A DNA stretch of 64,000 bases from the NCBI GenBank assembly GCA_900321005.1, contig ONUF01000015.1, positions 1,414 to 65,413 on the forward strand, in the 5' to 3' direction. Source of the stretch: an uncultured Bacteroidales bacterium. GTDB lineage: Bacteria > Bacteroidota > Bacteroidia > Bacteroidales > Paludibacteraceae. The notes under the pieces are model-generated. The model saw nothing but the letters and a program-made list of their open reading frames with translations. It was not told the origin of the DNA and ran no database searches. The position numbers and the translations under genes are program-made. Within the stretch, counting starts at the first letter, position 1; every line of letters begins with the position of its first letter. Shown here piece by piece: positions 1-8,860 of the stretch.

Positions 1-1570
1 TAATCTGCGTGAAGCGAGCCTGCGAAGCCAGAGTTACCTCATAGCTGGTTGCATTAACCGTAACTTCGGGATCCAAACCTCCATCTTTTCCACCGGTAGT
101 AGTGAACTCAATTTTCTCAATCGTTGCGCTTGCGGTAATGGAGAGCGAACCCTTCGCATAGCAACGGAGCGACTCGTCAGCGCAGTAACCCTTCGAGTAG
201 GTGAAGGTTACACCGCTCTTGGTAGCAGTAACCTCACTACCGGTGTTTGCCGTTCCTTGACCAATAAAGTCGTCACGTGTGAAGATGACCTCGCTGGTTT
301 CGCCGCCTTCGCCGCCTTCACCACCTTCGCCACCTTCGCCGCCTTCACCGCCTTCTGCTGCATTACCAGCACAAGTCAGCGTAATGGTCGAACCATTGTA
401 AGAAGTAGCATTTACTGTAAGGCCACCTTCAGCCTCGATAGTAACGGTACCGGATACAAGGTAATACGGGTCATAGTAACCTTCCTCTGCAGAAGGAACT
501 CCCAGATAGGACGGATAATCATATTCATCGTCACCACCCGGAGAAGCATAAAATGTACCCTCTGCCTTCGAATCCGTAATTTCATACGTGCCGGCAGGAA
601 TCGCGCCATCAAACGAAGACGCAACAAACAAGAGCGATGCCCACGAATCAGCGCTTTCTAAGTCAGCGGCATTACCGATAGTAACTAATACGGCGCCTTC
701 CGTAGTTGTGTAGTCCTCGTATGCAATGTAATCCAATGCCAAGTTAATAGTGGTTGCTTCCGGCTCATAATCATAGTTCAGATCTTCTTCGCCGCCTTCG
801 CCGCCTTCACCGCCGGCTTTCTCAAGGATCTCAACGGTACAGCCTGCTGCGAATTCAGGAGTTGTGTTGTACTTCGTCAGTTTACCGGTAACGGCTACTT
901 TGTCGCCTACTTCCGGAGCATTCTCTGCACTGGTGATAGTGCACTTGTAAGCCTCAAGTACTTTGCCACCGTCCTCGGTGTCAGCCATCCAGAAACTCAT
1001 ATTGCCCTTCGTAGCATCGTAAGCATAAGCGATCTCGGTTACAAAACCTTCAATCGTATACACTTTACCACCATTGTACTCCTCGTTGTTCTTCGAAACA
1101 GAGAGAGCAGCCGTAGCAGCCTCAGCGCAGTTCGTCGGGTCAGTCAGCGTTTCACCGCCTTCGCCGCCTTCACCGCCTTCACCGCCTTCGCCGCCGCCTT
1201 CGCCGTCGAAGAGAACTCTAATCTCAGTGAAACGTGCTTGAGAAGCCAAATCAGCTACAGAATAACTGGTTGCATTAACCGTAACTTCAGAATCCAAACC
1301 GCCGGTTTTTCCACCGGTAGTGGTGAACTGAATCTTGCTGATAGTCGCCGATGCCGTAATAGACAATGCACCGTGCGCATAGCAACGGAGAGATTCGTCA
1401 GCGCAATAGCCCTTCGAGTACGTGAAGGTCACGCCATCCTTGGTAGCTGTAACCTCACTACCGGAGTTCGCCGTTCCCTGACCGGCAAAATCCGCCGTTG
1501 TGAAGACTACGTCTGCCATCATGCTACCGGCAAAAAGCACGGCAGCGATTAAAGAGAAGAATTTTCTCAT
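1..1570 (-). CDS. Secreted repeat-containing surface protein, partial (3' end lies beyond the window start)
   Basis: Absent from the ORF track because there is no stop in the window. ATG at 1570 gives MRKFFSLIAAVLFAGSMMADVVFTTADF (signal peptide). I checked the frame open at several points down to nt 2. An ~95-aa N-terminal domain recurs near nt 1-290, and there are three (GGE)n linkers. Confidence 0.75.
   Translation of the reverse strand, partial: MRKFFSLIAAVLFAGSMMADVVFTTADFAGQGTANSGSEVTATKDGVTFTYSKGYCADESLRCYAHGALSITASATISKIQFTTTGGKTGGLDSEVTVNATSYSVADLASQARFTEIRVLFDGEGGGEGGEGGEGGEGGETLTDPTNCAEAATAALSVSKNNEEYNGGKVYTIEGFVTEIAYAYDATKGNMSFWMADTEDGGKVLEAYKCTITSAENAPEVGDKVAVTGKLTKYNTTPEFAAGCTVEILEKAGGEGGEGGEEDLNYDYEPEATTINLALDYIAYEDYTTTEGAVLVTIGNAADLESADSWASLLFVASSFDGAIPAGTYEITDSKAEGTFYASPGGDDEYDYPSYLGVPSAEEGYYDPYYLVSGTVTIEAEGGLTVNATSYNGSTITLTCAGNAAEGGEGGEGGEGGEGGEGGETSEVIFTRDDFIGQGTANTGSEVTATKSGVTFTYSKGYCADESLRCYAKGSLSITASATIEKIEFTTTGGKDGGLDPEVTVNATSYEVTLASQARFTQI
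298..356 (-). repeat. 9-nt-period GCC/TTC tract encoding a (GGE)n linker
   Basis: cgccgccttcgccgccttcaccaccttcgccaccttc..., read on the minus strand as GGEGGEGGE. Confidence 0.9.
788..823 (-). repeat. Second (GGE)n-coding tract
   Basis: ttcgccgccttcgccgccttcaccgcc, in the same frame of the same CDS. Confidence 0.9.
1151..1207 (-). repeat. Third (GGE)n-coding tract
   Basis: Translated codon by codon as FDGEGGGEGGEGGEGGEGGETLT. Confidence 0.9.
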
Positions 1571-1644
1571 GATTTTAAAATTTTAGTTAAACAAAAAGTT
1601 GGTTGTATATAAAGTTATAAACTTTAGTTTTCTCAAAAACCGAG

Positions 1645-1652
1645 CAAAATTA
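1645..1652 (-). promoter_or_regulatory. Candidate Bacteroidota -7 box (TAATTTTG on the minus strand)
   Basis: Forward caaaatta matches the reverse complement of TAnnTTTG, about 75 nt upstream of the ATG at 1570. Confidence 0.4.
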
Positions 1653-1703
1653 CTGCTTTTTTTTTAACTGACCAAATTTTTTGCTGTAAAACATAAAAAA
1701 AAG

Positions 1704-2687
1704 TCATTTTTTATGCGCCACTACAAAAAGTTGAACAGAATTAAAGAGATTTTGCCAAATAATATACGCTGCTGCTCCGAGTGCCGCAAGCGGATGAAGA
1801 TAAGTCTGCGCCATCCACACACCGAGGGAAGTGTTTTTCTGTCCGAATGCCTGTCCGGCGGTAATGGAAGAAACGCCTTCCATCGTCTTGGGCGCAGCCG
1901 CAGGATTGATGAGTACGTCCTGGTAGTCTCTGCCCTTACTCGGCGCCGGCAGATGATATCCGATCAGTTTACCCAAACCGAACTGCAGCAGGCACGCGAA
2001 GAAAGAGGCTACTAATAGAATTAGTATATTGGAGAGTTGGTCATAGAAATTCGCGATGACCGTTTCGGTCACGGTCGCGGTAAGAACGACGATGGAGCAG
2101 ACCCACAGATAGAAGGGGACGACGGCTATCGACGTTGGCAAGACAAATTCTTTTTTTGTCCTCCATTGATAGCTGATACGCAAGAGCCACGCGCCGAAGA
2201 AAGGTCCGAGCAACAGGGGCGAGATATGGCTAATGATCAAGGTAAAGGCGGGCCAGAAGGCCTTTTCCGCCAGCGGGTTGACGAGCGGGAAAAGCACCGG
2301 CACTACGATTGCCGTAGCAAAATTAGAGAGTAGTGTAAAGGTCGTCAGGTTTTGTATCGAGCCGCCGAGTTTACCGGCGATGATTGGTGCAGCGGTTGCC
2401 GTCGGCATCACAAAACACAACATCAGTCCTTGCGCCATAAAGCGACTACCCGTCAAGAGATAGGTGATAGCATACGCAGCCAGGCTGAGCGCGATCTGTA
2501 AAAAGAGTACCACCCAATGCCATTTATGCAACCGCAAATCCTTTGGATTGACCTTGCAGAACGTAAAGAAAAGCATGAAGAAGATGAGCCATGGAAGACT
2601 CGGCTTCAGCGGCAGAAAAATCTTATAGCCAAGGGCTCCGATAAGCATCGAGAGCCACAACGCATTACTATCAAAAAACTTACGCAT
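1704..2687 (-). CDS. Polytopic membrane transporter, SBF/BASS-like (bile acid:Na+ symporter superfamily)
   Basis: 327 aa with about 9-10 hydrophobic helices. The PTATAAPIIAGKLGGS segment resembles the SBF-like signature. Family assignment is from memory. Confidence 0.5.
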   Translation of the reverse strand: MRKFFDSNALWLSMLIGALGYKIFLPLKPSLPWLIFFMLFFTFCKVNPKDLRLHKWHWVVLFLQIALSLAAYAITYLLTGSRFMAQGLMLCFVMPTATAAPIIAGKLGGSIQNLTTFTLLSNFATAIVVPVLFPLVNPLAEKAFWPAFTLIISHISPLLLGPFFGAWLLRISYQWRTKKEFVLPTSIAVVPFYLWVCSIVVLTATVTETVIANFYDQLSNILILLVASFFACLLQFGLGKLIGYHLPAPSKGRDYQDVLINPAAAPKTMEGVSSITAGQAFGQKNTSLGVWMAQTYLHPLAALGAAAYIIWQNLFNSVQLFVVAHKK

Positions 2688-2697
2688 TTCTTTGTTC

Positions 2698-3693
2698 TTA
2701 CGACCAGTTTTCTACAATATAATCCATAATACGGAATACCTCTTCTACGGTTTCGGCGCGAAGCAGAGCGATGCGCGTCTGCTTGAAGTCCGACAAGCCT
2801 TTGAAGACAGGTGAAGCCGCAAAATGCCGCCGCGAATGGATGATGCCTTTGCGCTCGTCGTTACCGCACCAGGCGATAGAAGCGAGGACGTGCTCCTTGA
2901 GCACTGCGACTTTGTCGGCCATAGAGACCGGATATTCCGGATTTTCCGGATTACCTGGAGAGAGTGCTTCGCGCATCTCGGCGAAGAGCCAGGGAGCACC
3001 AAAGGTGGCGCGGCCGATCATAATAGCGTCCACACCGTAACGGTCGAAACACTCTTTCGCGCGCTCAGGCGTACACACATCTCCGTTCCCTATGATAGGG
3101 ATACGCATGCGCGGGTTGTTCTTCACTGCTCCGATGAGTGTCCAGTCCGCTTCGCCGCGGTACATCTGACTGCGGGTGCGACCGTGGATGGCGAGTTCGC
3201 GGATTCCAAGGTCTTGGAGGCGCTCAGCGAGATCCACGATGAAAGGCCTGCCGTCAGGCAAGTAAAGAGACGGTTCATCCCACCCGAGACGGGTCTTGAC
3301 GGTAACAGGCGTATGGACGGCGTTTACCACCGCGCGGGTGATGTCCAGCATCTTCGGCACATCTTTAAGCAAACCTGCGCCGGCTCCTTTGCCCGCGACT
3401 TTCTTCACCGGACAACCGAAATTAATGTCGATGAAGTCCGGGTGTGCCTGCTCAACGATGCGCGCGGCATCGGCCATGGCCTCCGGTTCACGGCCGTAGA
3501 TCTGGATAGCTACCGGTCGTTCGGCATCGTGGATGGTGAGTTTGCGCGTCGTAGAAGCGATATCCCGCACGAGGGCATCGGCATTGACAAATTCCGTATA
3601 GACGCGATCAGCGCCGTAGCGTTTGCACAACGCACGGAAAGCCGGATCGGTCACATCTTCCATCGGCGCGAGATATAAGGGATAGTCTCTCAT
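2698..3693 (-). CDS. dusB: tRNA-dihydrouridine synthase
   Basis: LAPMEDVTDPAFR, INFGCPVKKV and HGRTRSQMY motifs typical of the Dus family. Its start overlaps the upstream gene's stop (ATGA). Confidence 0.88.
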   Translation of the reverse strand: MRDYPLYLAPMEDVTDPAFRALCKRYGADRVYTEFVNADALVRDIASTTRKLTIHDAERPVAIQIYGREPEAMADAARIVEQAHPDFIDINFGCPVKKVAGKGAGAGLLKDVPKMLDITRAVVNAVHTPVTVKTRLGWDEPSLYLPDGRPFIVDLAERLQDLGIRELAIHGRTRSQMYRGEADWTLIGAVKNNPRMRIPIIGNGDVCTPERAKECFDRYGVDAIMIGRATFGAPWLFAEMREALSPGNPENPEYPVSMADKVAVLKEHVLASIAWCGNDERKGIIHSRRHFAASPVFKGLSDFKQTRIALLRAETVEEVFRIMDYIVENWS

Positions 3694-5591
3694 TTATTGA
3701 GCGTCGGATAGGAGATGCGATGATGGTTCATGGCGGTGATACGCGCCACAAAGACACGACGGATATCTTCGACATCCTTGAAACTGAGCGGTGTCTCAGC
3801 AAATTGTCCGTCGGCTATCTGGGCGTCGATCATCTGGTTGACTGCCTTCGCGATAGAAGATTCAGAATAGTCCTCGAGACTACGCGAACGCGCTTCGATA
3901 GCGTCGGCCATCATAAGAATAGCACCTTCTTTGGTCGAAGGTTTTGCACCCGGATAGCGGAAAAGCGATTCATCCACTTTCTCTTTCGGGTGCGCGTTGC
4001 AATAAGTGTTATAGAAATAGCGCACAAGGGACGTGCCGTGGTGGGTCGTGATGAAGTTGATGACCACTTCCGGCAGGTGGTTTCGGCGAGCGATTTTTTC
4101 TCCCTCAGAGACATGCGCGATGACCACTTGAGCGGCGTCACGCGGATCCATCTCAAGAAGCGGATTCTCTGCGCCGTTCTGATTCTCTACATAGTAGAGC
4201 GGGTCGGTCATTTTGCCTATGTCGTGGTAGAGTGCACCGGTTCGAACGAGCAGCGCATTCGCGCCGATGGTCTTGGCTGCTTCCGCCGCAAGGTTCGACA
4301 CCTGCATCGAGTGCTGGAAAGTACCGGGAGCTCGCTCCGCCAGCGTATGCAGCAATTCGGAATTGATATCCGTCAGTTCGACAAGGGTAATGGACGAGAT
4401 GAAGTGGAACAGTTTCTCGAACATGTAAATCAGGCCGTAGCAACCAACGGTCAGGAGTGCGCAGATGAAGAAATAGAGGTACATCCACGGATCAACGGCC
4501 AAGATTGCTCCCGTTTGCGCAAAGGTGATGGCTGTATAAGCGAGTGTCTGCGCGAGAAGTATCCACGCGGCCGTTTGAACGAGTTGTGCGCGGCGCGTCA
4601 TGTCACTCAGGGACGATACCGCAACCATACCTACCACGATTTGAATGAAGAAGAACTCTACCGGCGCAGGGATGACGATCGAAGTAATCAGAATGGTCGT
4701 AAAATGCAGGAAGAGGGCGGTGCGGGAGTCAAAGAACACGCGCGTTAATATAGGAACCCACGCGAAGGGGATGAGATATACCGTGAGATTAAACCGCAAC
4801 GCGAGGCAGGCCAGACCGATGACGATAAACATCTGCAGGCAGAAGAAGAGAATCGTCGATGTGGCGCGCAGATAAGCAATGCGGAAGACGTAAAGATAAA
4901 TGACAAACAGCAGCAGGAACAGGATCACCAGCATCGACTCACCGAGGATGGAGAGTGTGCGCTGTTTATTGCCCAGCGACTCATCATCATAGGCGCGGCG
5001 TAAAGACTGCAAAATCTGATAGGTTCGCTCCGTGACTATGTCGCCGTTGTCAATGATTTTCTCCCCTTTCTGGACCATGCCCTGGGTGGGCGAGACAGTA
5101 GCCAGCAGTTTGGCACGGAACTCCTCCGTCTTGGCGGTATCCAGCGCGAGGTTGATGGCGCAATCGTAGCCGAATTTCTTATGGGCCGTCATGGGCGTAT
5201 AGATCTCGGACACCGGATATTTATGCTGCTGGATGTCGATGCGGGTATAGCCTTCGGCTTGCAACCACTGCATCGTCTCAAGCGACACCACCTTCACGTC
5301 GCGCTGTACGCGCGGGATATATTTGAAGAAGGGCGCGAAGGTCGAGAGCAGTTGTTGCTGGTCTTTCTCGAGTTGCTCATCCGTCTTATAGATCGGGAAG
5401 TCAAAATCGGCCGTAAGCGTTGCGTAACCCCAGGGTTTGCCGAGTTCGTAATGATAGCGGAAGGAGTTGTTATACCGCGGGAACATCAACACGATGACGA
5501 CTGCCAACACTACGAAAATGCTCAGGCGAAAAACCGTCTGCACATTCTTGTGGGCAATTTGCTGTTTGAGATGGTTAAAATCGATTTTCAT
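3690..5591 (-). CDS. 7TM-receptor HD-domain (HDIG) phosphohydrolase, PgpH/YqfF-like
   Basis: 633 aa with an N-terminal extracellular region, seven TM helices and a C-terminal HD domain (LYHDIGK, TTHHG). Confidence 0.8.
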   Translation of the reverse strand: MKIDFNHLKQQIAHKNVQTVFRLSIFVVLAVVIVLMFPRYNNSFRYHYELGKPWGYATLTADFDFPIYKTDEQLEKDQQQLLSTFAPFFKYIPRVQRDVKVVSLETMQWLQAEGYTRIDIQQHKYPVSEIYTPMTAHKKFGYDCAINLALDTAKTEEFRAKLLATVSPTQGMVQKGEKIIDNGDIVTERTYQILQSLRRAYDDESLGNKQRTLSILGESMLVILFLLLFVIYLYVFRIAYLRATSTILFFCLQMFIVIGLACLALRFNLTVYLIPFAWVPILTRVFFDSRTALFLHFTTILITSIVIPAPVEFFFIQIVVGMVAVSSLSDMTRRAQLVQTAAWILLAQTLAYTAITFAQTGAILAVDPWMYLYFFICALLTVGCYGLIYMFEKLFHFISSITLVELTDINSELLHTLAERAPGTFQHSMQVSNLAAEAAKTIGANALLVRTGALYHDIGKMTDPLYYVENQNGAENPLLEMDPRDAAQVVIAHVSEGEKIARRNHLPEVVINFITTHHGTSLVRYFYNTYCNAHPKEKVDESLFRYPGAKPSTKEGAILMMADAIEARSRSLEDYSESSIAKAVNQMIDAQIADGQFAETPLSFKDVEDIRRVFVARITAMNHHRISYPTLNK

Positions 5592-6748
5592 TATCGTTTA
5601 TTCTTAAAAAAATCTTGTATGAGTTCACGGCATTCGGCCTCGAGCACACCTGCCGTAACAGTTGCTTTGGGATGGAAAGTACGCGGAGCGTAAGTAGTGT
5701 ATCCGCGTTTGGGGTCGGGCGCACCATAGACGATTCGGCTTATCTGCGCCCAGCCGATAGCGCCTGCGCACATGGGACACGGTTCGACGGTGACGTAGAG
5801 TGTCGCATCCGGGAGGTATTTGCCTCCGAGGGTCTCTGCAGCCGCTGTTATAGCTTGCATCTCTGCGTGCGCGGTAACGTCAGCGAGCGTCTCCGTGAGG
5901 TTATGACCGCGACCGATGATTTGGTTTTGGCTAACGATGACGCAGCCGATAGGTATCTCGTCTGCTGCAAGGGCTTTCTGAGCTTCGCTCAGAGCAAGGC
6001 GCATAAAGCGCTCATCATCCGAAGAAATCGGAGTATTCGGAGTATTCTGATTTTTCTGACAGAAGCGCGAGAGTTCTTCGGGGTGTTGCTCAAAATGGTT
6101 ACCGATGACGACGATGTCAGCGCCGGCATTATAGGCGGCGTTCATCACTTCGGGTGTGCGGATGCCTCCGCCGACGATGAGGGTGACGGAAGTAACTGCG
6201 CGCACTGCTTTGATAATCTCGGGCGAGACAGGTTGGATGGCTCCGGAACCTGCCTCCAAATAGATCGCTTTCTTACCCATCAGTTCTGCGGCGATACAGG
6301 TGTCCACTATTGTTTGAAGGTTTGAAGGCAGGAGAGGTTTAGTGCCCGTAACACGCATCGTGGAAGTCTCCACTCCACCGTCAATCAGGATGTACGCCGT
6401 TGGGACGAAATCCATAGAAACCGCATGTATGCGCCGCGCAGACTTAACTTGCTGATCCACAAGGAATTCAGGGTTGCGACCGGAGAGTAAAGAGAGGAAT
6501 AAAATGCCGTCTGCTTCCGTGGTAAATTGGGACGAATTTCCGGGAAAAAGAATGACGGGAATTGGAGATTGAAGATTGGAGATTGAAGATTTTAAATTTC
6601 TAACAAACTCCGTTGTATCGCCGCCGGTTGAACCACCAACAAAAAGGTAGTCGGGATGGCACTCGTCGGTAAAGGTAAGGCGCGAAAGGTCGGCCTTTTC
6701 CGGATCGAGCAATACGGCTAAACTTCTATGTTTGAGTGTCATTTCCAT
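5591..6748 (-). CDS. Fusion protein: GGGP/HepGP synthase (PcrB family) N-terminal domain plus tRNA adenosine(34) deaminase TadA C-terminal domain
   Basis: The N-terminal half has LDPEK, VGGSTGG, YLEAGSG and GGGIRT. The C-terminal half has MRLALSEAQKA, HAEMQAI and PCPMCAGA. It is a single open frame of 385 aa. Confidence 0.8.
   Translation of the reverse strand: MEMTLKHRSLAVLLDPEKADLSRLTFTDECHPDYLFVGGSTGGDTTEFVRNLKSSISNLQSPIPVILFPGNSSQFTTEADGILFLSLLSGRNPEFLVDQQVKSARRIHAVSMDFVPTAYILIDGGVETSTMRVTGTKPLLPSNLQTIVDTCIAAELMGKKAIYLEAGSGAIQPVSPEIIKAVRAVTSVTLIVGGGIRTPEVMNAAYNAGADIVVIGNHFEQHPEELSRFCQKNQNTPNTPISSDDERFMRLALSEAQKALAADEIPIGCVIVSQNQIIGRGHNLTETLADVTAHAEMQAITAAAETLGGKYLPDATLYVTVEPCPMCAGAIGWAQISRIVYGAPDPKRGYTTYAPRTFHPKATVTAGVLEAECRELIQDFFKNKR
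6029..6055 (-). repeat. 9-nt tandem repeat forming the inter-domain linker of the fusion (NTPNTP)
   Basis: cggagtatt cggagtatt ctgattttt. The coding strand reads aatactccg x2. Confidence 0.85.
6564..6591 (-). repeat. Heptamer array inside the GGGPS domain CDS
   Basis: ggagatt gaagatt ggagatt gaagatt. It encodes part of SSISNLQSPIP. Confidence 0.85.
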
Positions 6749-7314
6749 GCGAAAGTTTCTACCATGCGGATTACATCTTTTCTCAAGTAGTTATATACCG
6801 GAGCGAGGGAGTCGGCATTCGGCGGACAGTTGCAATAAACCGAAGCACGGAAAAAGTTTCTCGTGGAGTCGGTGATAAAGAACTGGCAGGAGGACGCGGT
6901 GTTTCCTTCGAGGTCGAAGAGCACGCCGTACACCTGCGCCTCGGGATGACTATATTCGCGTTCGGGAATCGCATTGGCAAAAGAGGCATTGCGATACACA
7001 AACTCCAGGGCATCATTGGTGAGTTCGCGCAAGTTATGCTGCACGGGTTTGTAGGAACAATGAATCGTGGCATCCAGCGCAGGGTAATAAATATTGATCC
7101 AATAGGGTTCGTCTGCGCGGGGTTGTACCTGCGCGTTTTGCGAGAGTGCGAAGGAGTACGGATAACGCGGATATAGGGCCGCGAAATCCGTGTATGCGGT
7201 GTCAGGCACCGTGATACGGTAATAGCCGTAAGGCTTGGGGGCGGTTGCCCGTCCGCACGAAACCATCGCCATAACAAGCAGCAAAACAGGTACTATTTTT
7301 TGTCCAAAGTGCAT
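6739..7314 (-). CDS. gldD: GldD-like gliding-motility/T9SS-associated lipoprotein
   Basis: I trimmed the start to MHFGQKIVPVLLLVMAMVSCG (lipoprotein signal). The C-terminal GNTASSCQFFITDS...PPNADSLAPV...VETFAWK matches remembered GldD signatures. Confidence 0.62.
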   Translation of the reverse strand: MHFGQKIVPVLLLVMAMVSCGRATAPKPYGYYRITVPDTAYTDFAALYPRYPYSFALSQNAQVQPRADEPYWINIYYPALDATIHCSYKPVQHNLRELTNDALEFVYRNASFANAIPEREYSHPEAQVYGVLFDLEGNTASSCQFFITDSTRNFFRASVYCNCPPNADSLAPVYNYLRKDVIRMVETFAWK

Positions 7315-7333
7315 TTTACTCCAAATTACGGCA

Positions 7334-7341
7334 CAAAGGTA
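7334..7341 (-). promoter_or_regulatory. -7 box TACCTTTG (minus strand) for the gldD operon
   Basis: Forward caaaggta lies about 20 nt upstream of the ATG at 7314. Confidence 0.55.
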
Positions 7342-7350
7342 GTAAAAAAA

Positions 7351-7385
7351 GGTGAAAGGAGAAAGGAGAAAGGAGAAAGGAGTGT
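7351..7385. repeat. Heptamer array GGAGAAA x5
   Basis: ggtgaaa ggagaaa ggagaaa ggagaaa ggagtgt, in the divergent intergenic region. Confidence 0.9.
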
Positions 7386-7457
7386 GATTTTTAGGATAAA
7401 AAAGCACTTTTTCTTAGAAAAACTTCGCGCGCGCTTGCATGAATAAAAAAAATGTTG

Positions 7458-7465
7458 TATATTTG
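7458..7465 (+). promoter_or_regulatory. -7 box TATATTTG
   Basis: Matches TAnnTTTG. It would give a leader of about 180 nt that contains the 11-nt repeat array. Confidence 0.4.
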
Positions 7466-7550
7466 CACGATTTTTGAAGTAGTGTGTCCGTGACAAAAAA
7501 TCAAAATCACGGGATAATATATATAATATATTATAGGGATTGGTAGGATA

Positions 7551-7616
7551 CGACATTACCCCGACATTACCCCGAGATTACCCCGTAACGATCCCGAGAC
7601 GACCCCGAGACGATAA
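7551..7616 (+). repeat. 11-nt tandem repeat x6 in the manC-like leader
   Basis: cgacattaccc cgacattaccc cgagattaccc cgtaacgatcc cgagacgaccc cgagacgataa. Confidence 0.9.
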
Positions 7617-7650
7617 GGTAAGTACCATCAAAAAACACAAAGCAGATAAT

Positions 7651-8853
7651 ATGGAGAACAAGAACAACAACAGCAACAATTATTGCGTGATTATGGCGGG
7701 CGGCGTAGGAAGTCGATTCTGGCCGTACAGTAGAGCAGATAAACCGAAGCAGTTTCTGGACTTCTTCGGCACAGGTCGCAGTTTGCTGCAGATGACCGTC
7801 GATCGTTTTCGTCCGATCGTTCCAATCGAGAACGTGTTTATCGTGACGAATGTGGCGTATAAGGAGTTGATTTTGCAACAGATTCCGGACCTGAGCGAGA
7901 AGCAGATATTGTGCGAGCCTGCGCGCCGGAATACGGCGCCTTGTATCGCGTACGCGACTGCTCATATACGCGCGCTATGCATCCAGCGAGCATACGGGTA
8001 CACGGAAGAGTACCAGGGATTTACGAAAGACGGAAAAGTCAAAGGCGGTCCTTCCAAATCCTCCCTTCCGAACTATCAGGACATAGACTGGAGCAAACCG
8101 GAAATGCGGGCCAATATTGTGGTGGCAGCAAGTGACCACTTGATCTTGGAAGAAGAGAAATTCCGTCAGGTGATTCTGAAGGCCTTTGATTTTGCGAGCA
8201 AGCACAAAGCGATTGCGACGCTTGGCATGTCCCCCACCCGTCCGGAGACCGGATACGGCTATATTCAGCGCCAGCCGGAAGCTTTTGCCGACGGGATTTA
8301 TCCGGTGAAGACCTTTACGGAGAAGCCGAACTTGGAGATGGCGAAGGTGTTCTTGGAGAGCGGCGATTTCCTTTGGAACAGCGGTATCTTTATCTGGAAC
8401 CTGCAGACCATCAGCGAGGCGTTCCGGTACTTATTACCGGAGGTAGCGGACCGTTTCCGCGAAGGGGAGTTGTTGATGGGCACGGACAAAGAGGAGAGTT
8501 TTATTGAGCAGATCTTCCCGAAATGCCCGAACATCTCCATTGACTACGGAATCATGGAGAAGGCAGATAATGTGTTTGTGCTGCCGAGCAGTTTCGGCTG
8601 GAGCGATCTCGGCACATGGGGCAGTTTGTATGAGTTGAGCGAGAAAGACGAGAACGGAAATGTGAGTCTGCACAGCGAGACGCATTATTATGACGCAGAA
8701 GGCAATATTGTGGTTCTCGAGCCGGGTAAAGTAGCGATCGTACAAGGCGTCAATGATATGATTATTGTGGAGGAAAGAGGCGCCCTATTAGTATGCAAGA
8801 AATCCGAAGAGCAACGAATCAAAGAATTTACAAACAATTTACTTAATACTTAA
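7651..8853 (+). CDS. Mannose-1-phosphate guanylyltransferase-like nucleotidyltransferase
   Basis: I trimmed the start to MENKNNNSNNYCVIMAGGVGSRFWP. KPKQFLDFFGTGRSLLQ and EPARRNTAPCIAYA are typical of Bacteroidota ManC-like enzymes. Confidence 0.8.
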   Translation: MENKNNNSNNYCVIMAGGVGSRFWPYSRADKPKQFLDFFGTGRSLLQMTVDRFRPIVPIENVFIVTNVAYKELILQQIPDLSEKQILCEPARRNTAPCIAYATAHIRALCIQRAYGYTEEYQGFTKDGKVKGGPSKSSLPNYQDIDWSKPEMRANIVVAASDHLILEEEKFRQVILKAFDFASKHKAIATLGMSPTRPETGYGYIQRQPEAFADGIYPVKTFTEKPNLEMAKVFLESGDFLWNSGIFIWNLQTISEAFRYLLPEVADRFREGELLMGTDKEESFIEQIFPKCPNISIDYGIMEKADNVFVLPSSFGWSDLGTWGSLYELSEKDENGNVSLHSETHYYDAEGNIVVLEPGKVAIVQGVNDMIIVEERGALLVCKKSEEQRIKEFTNNLLNT

Positions 8854-8860
8854 ACACATC

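Noticed and set aside
257-1552. Plus-strand ORFs 257-661 and 1238-1552.
   Set aside because: They are mirror images of the (GGE)n and domain-coding minus-strand gene (FAAFAAFTTFATFAAF is the reverse reading of the GGE tracts). The minus-strand frame has a signal peptide and repeated domains.
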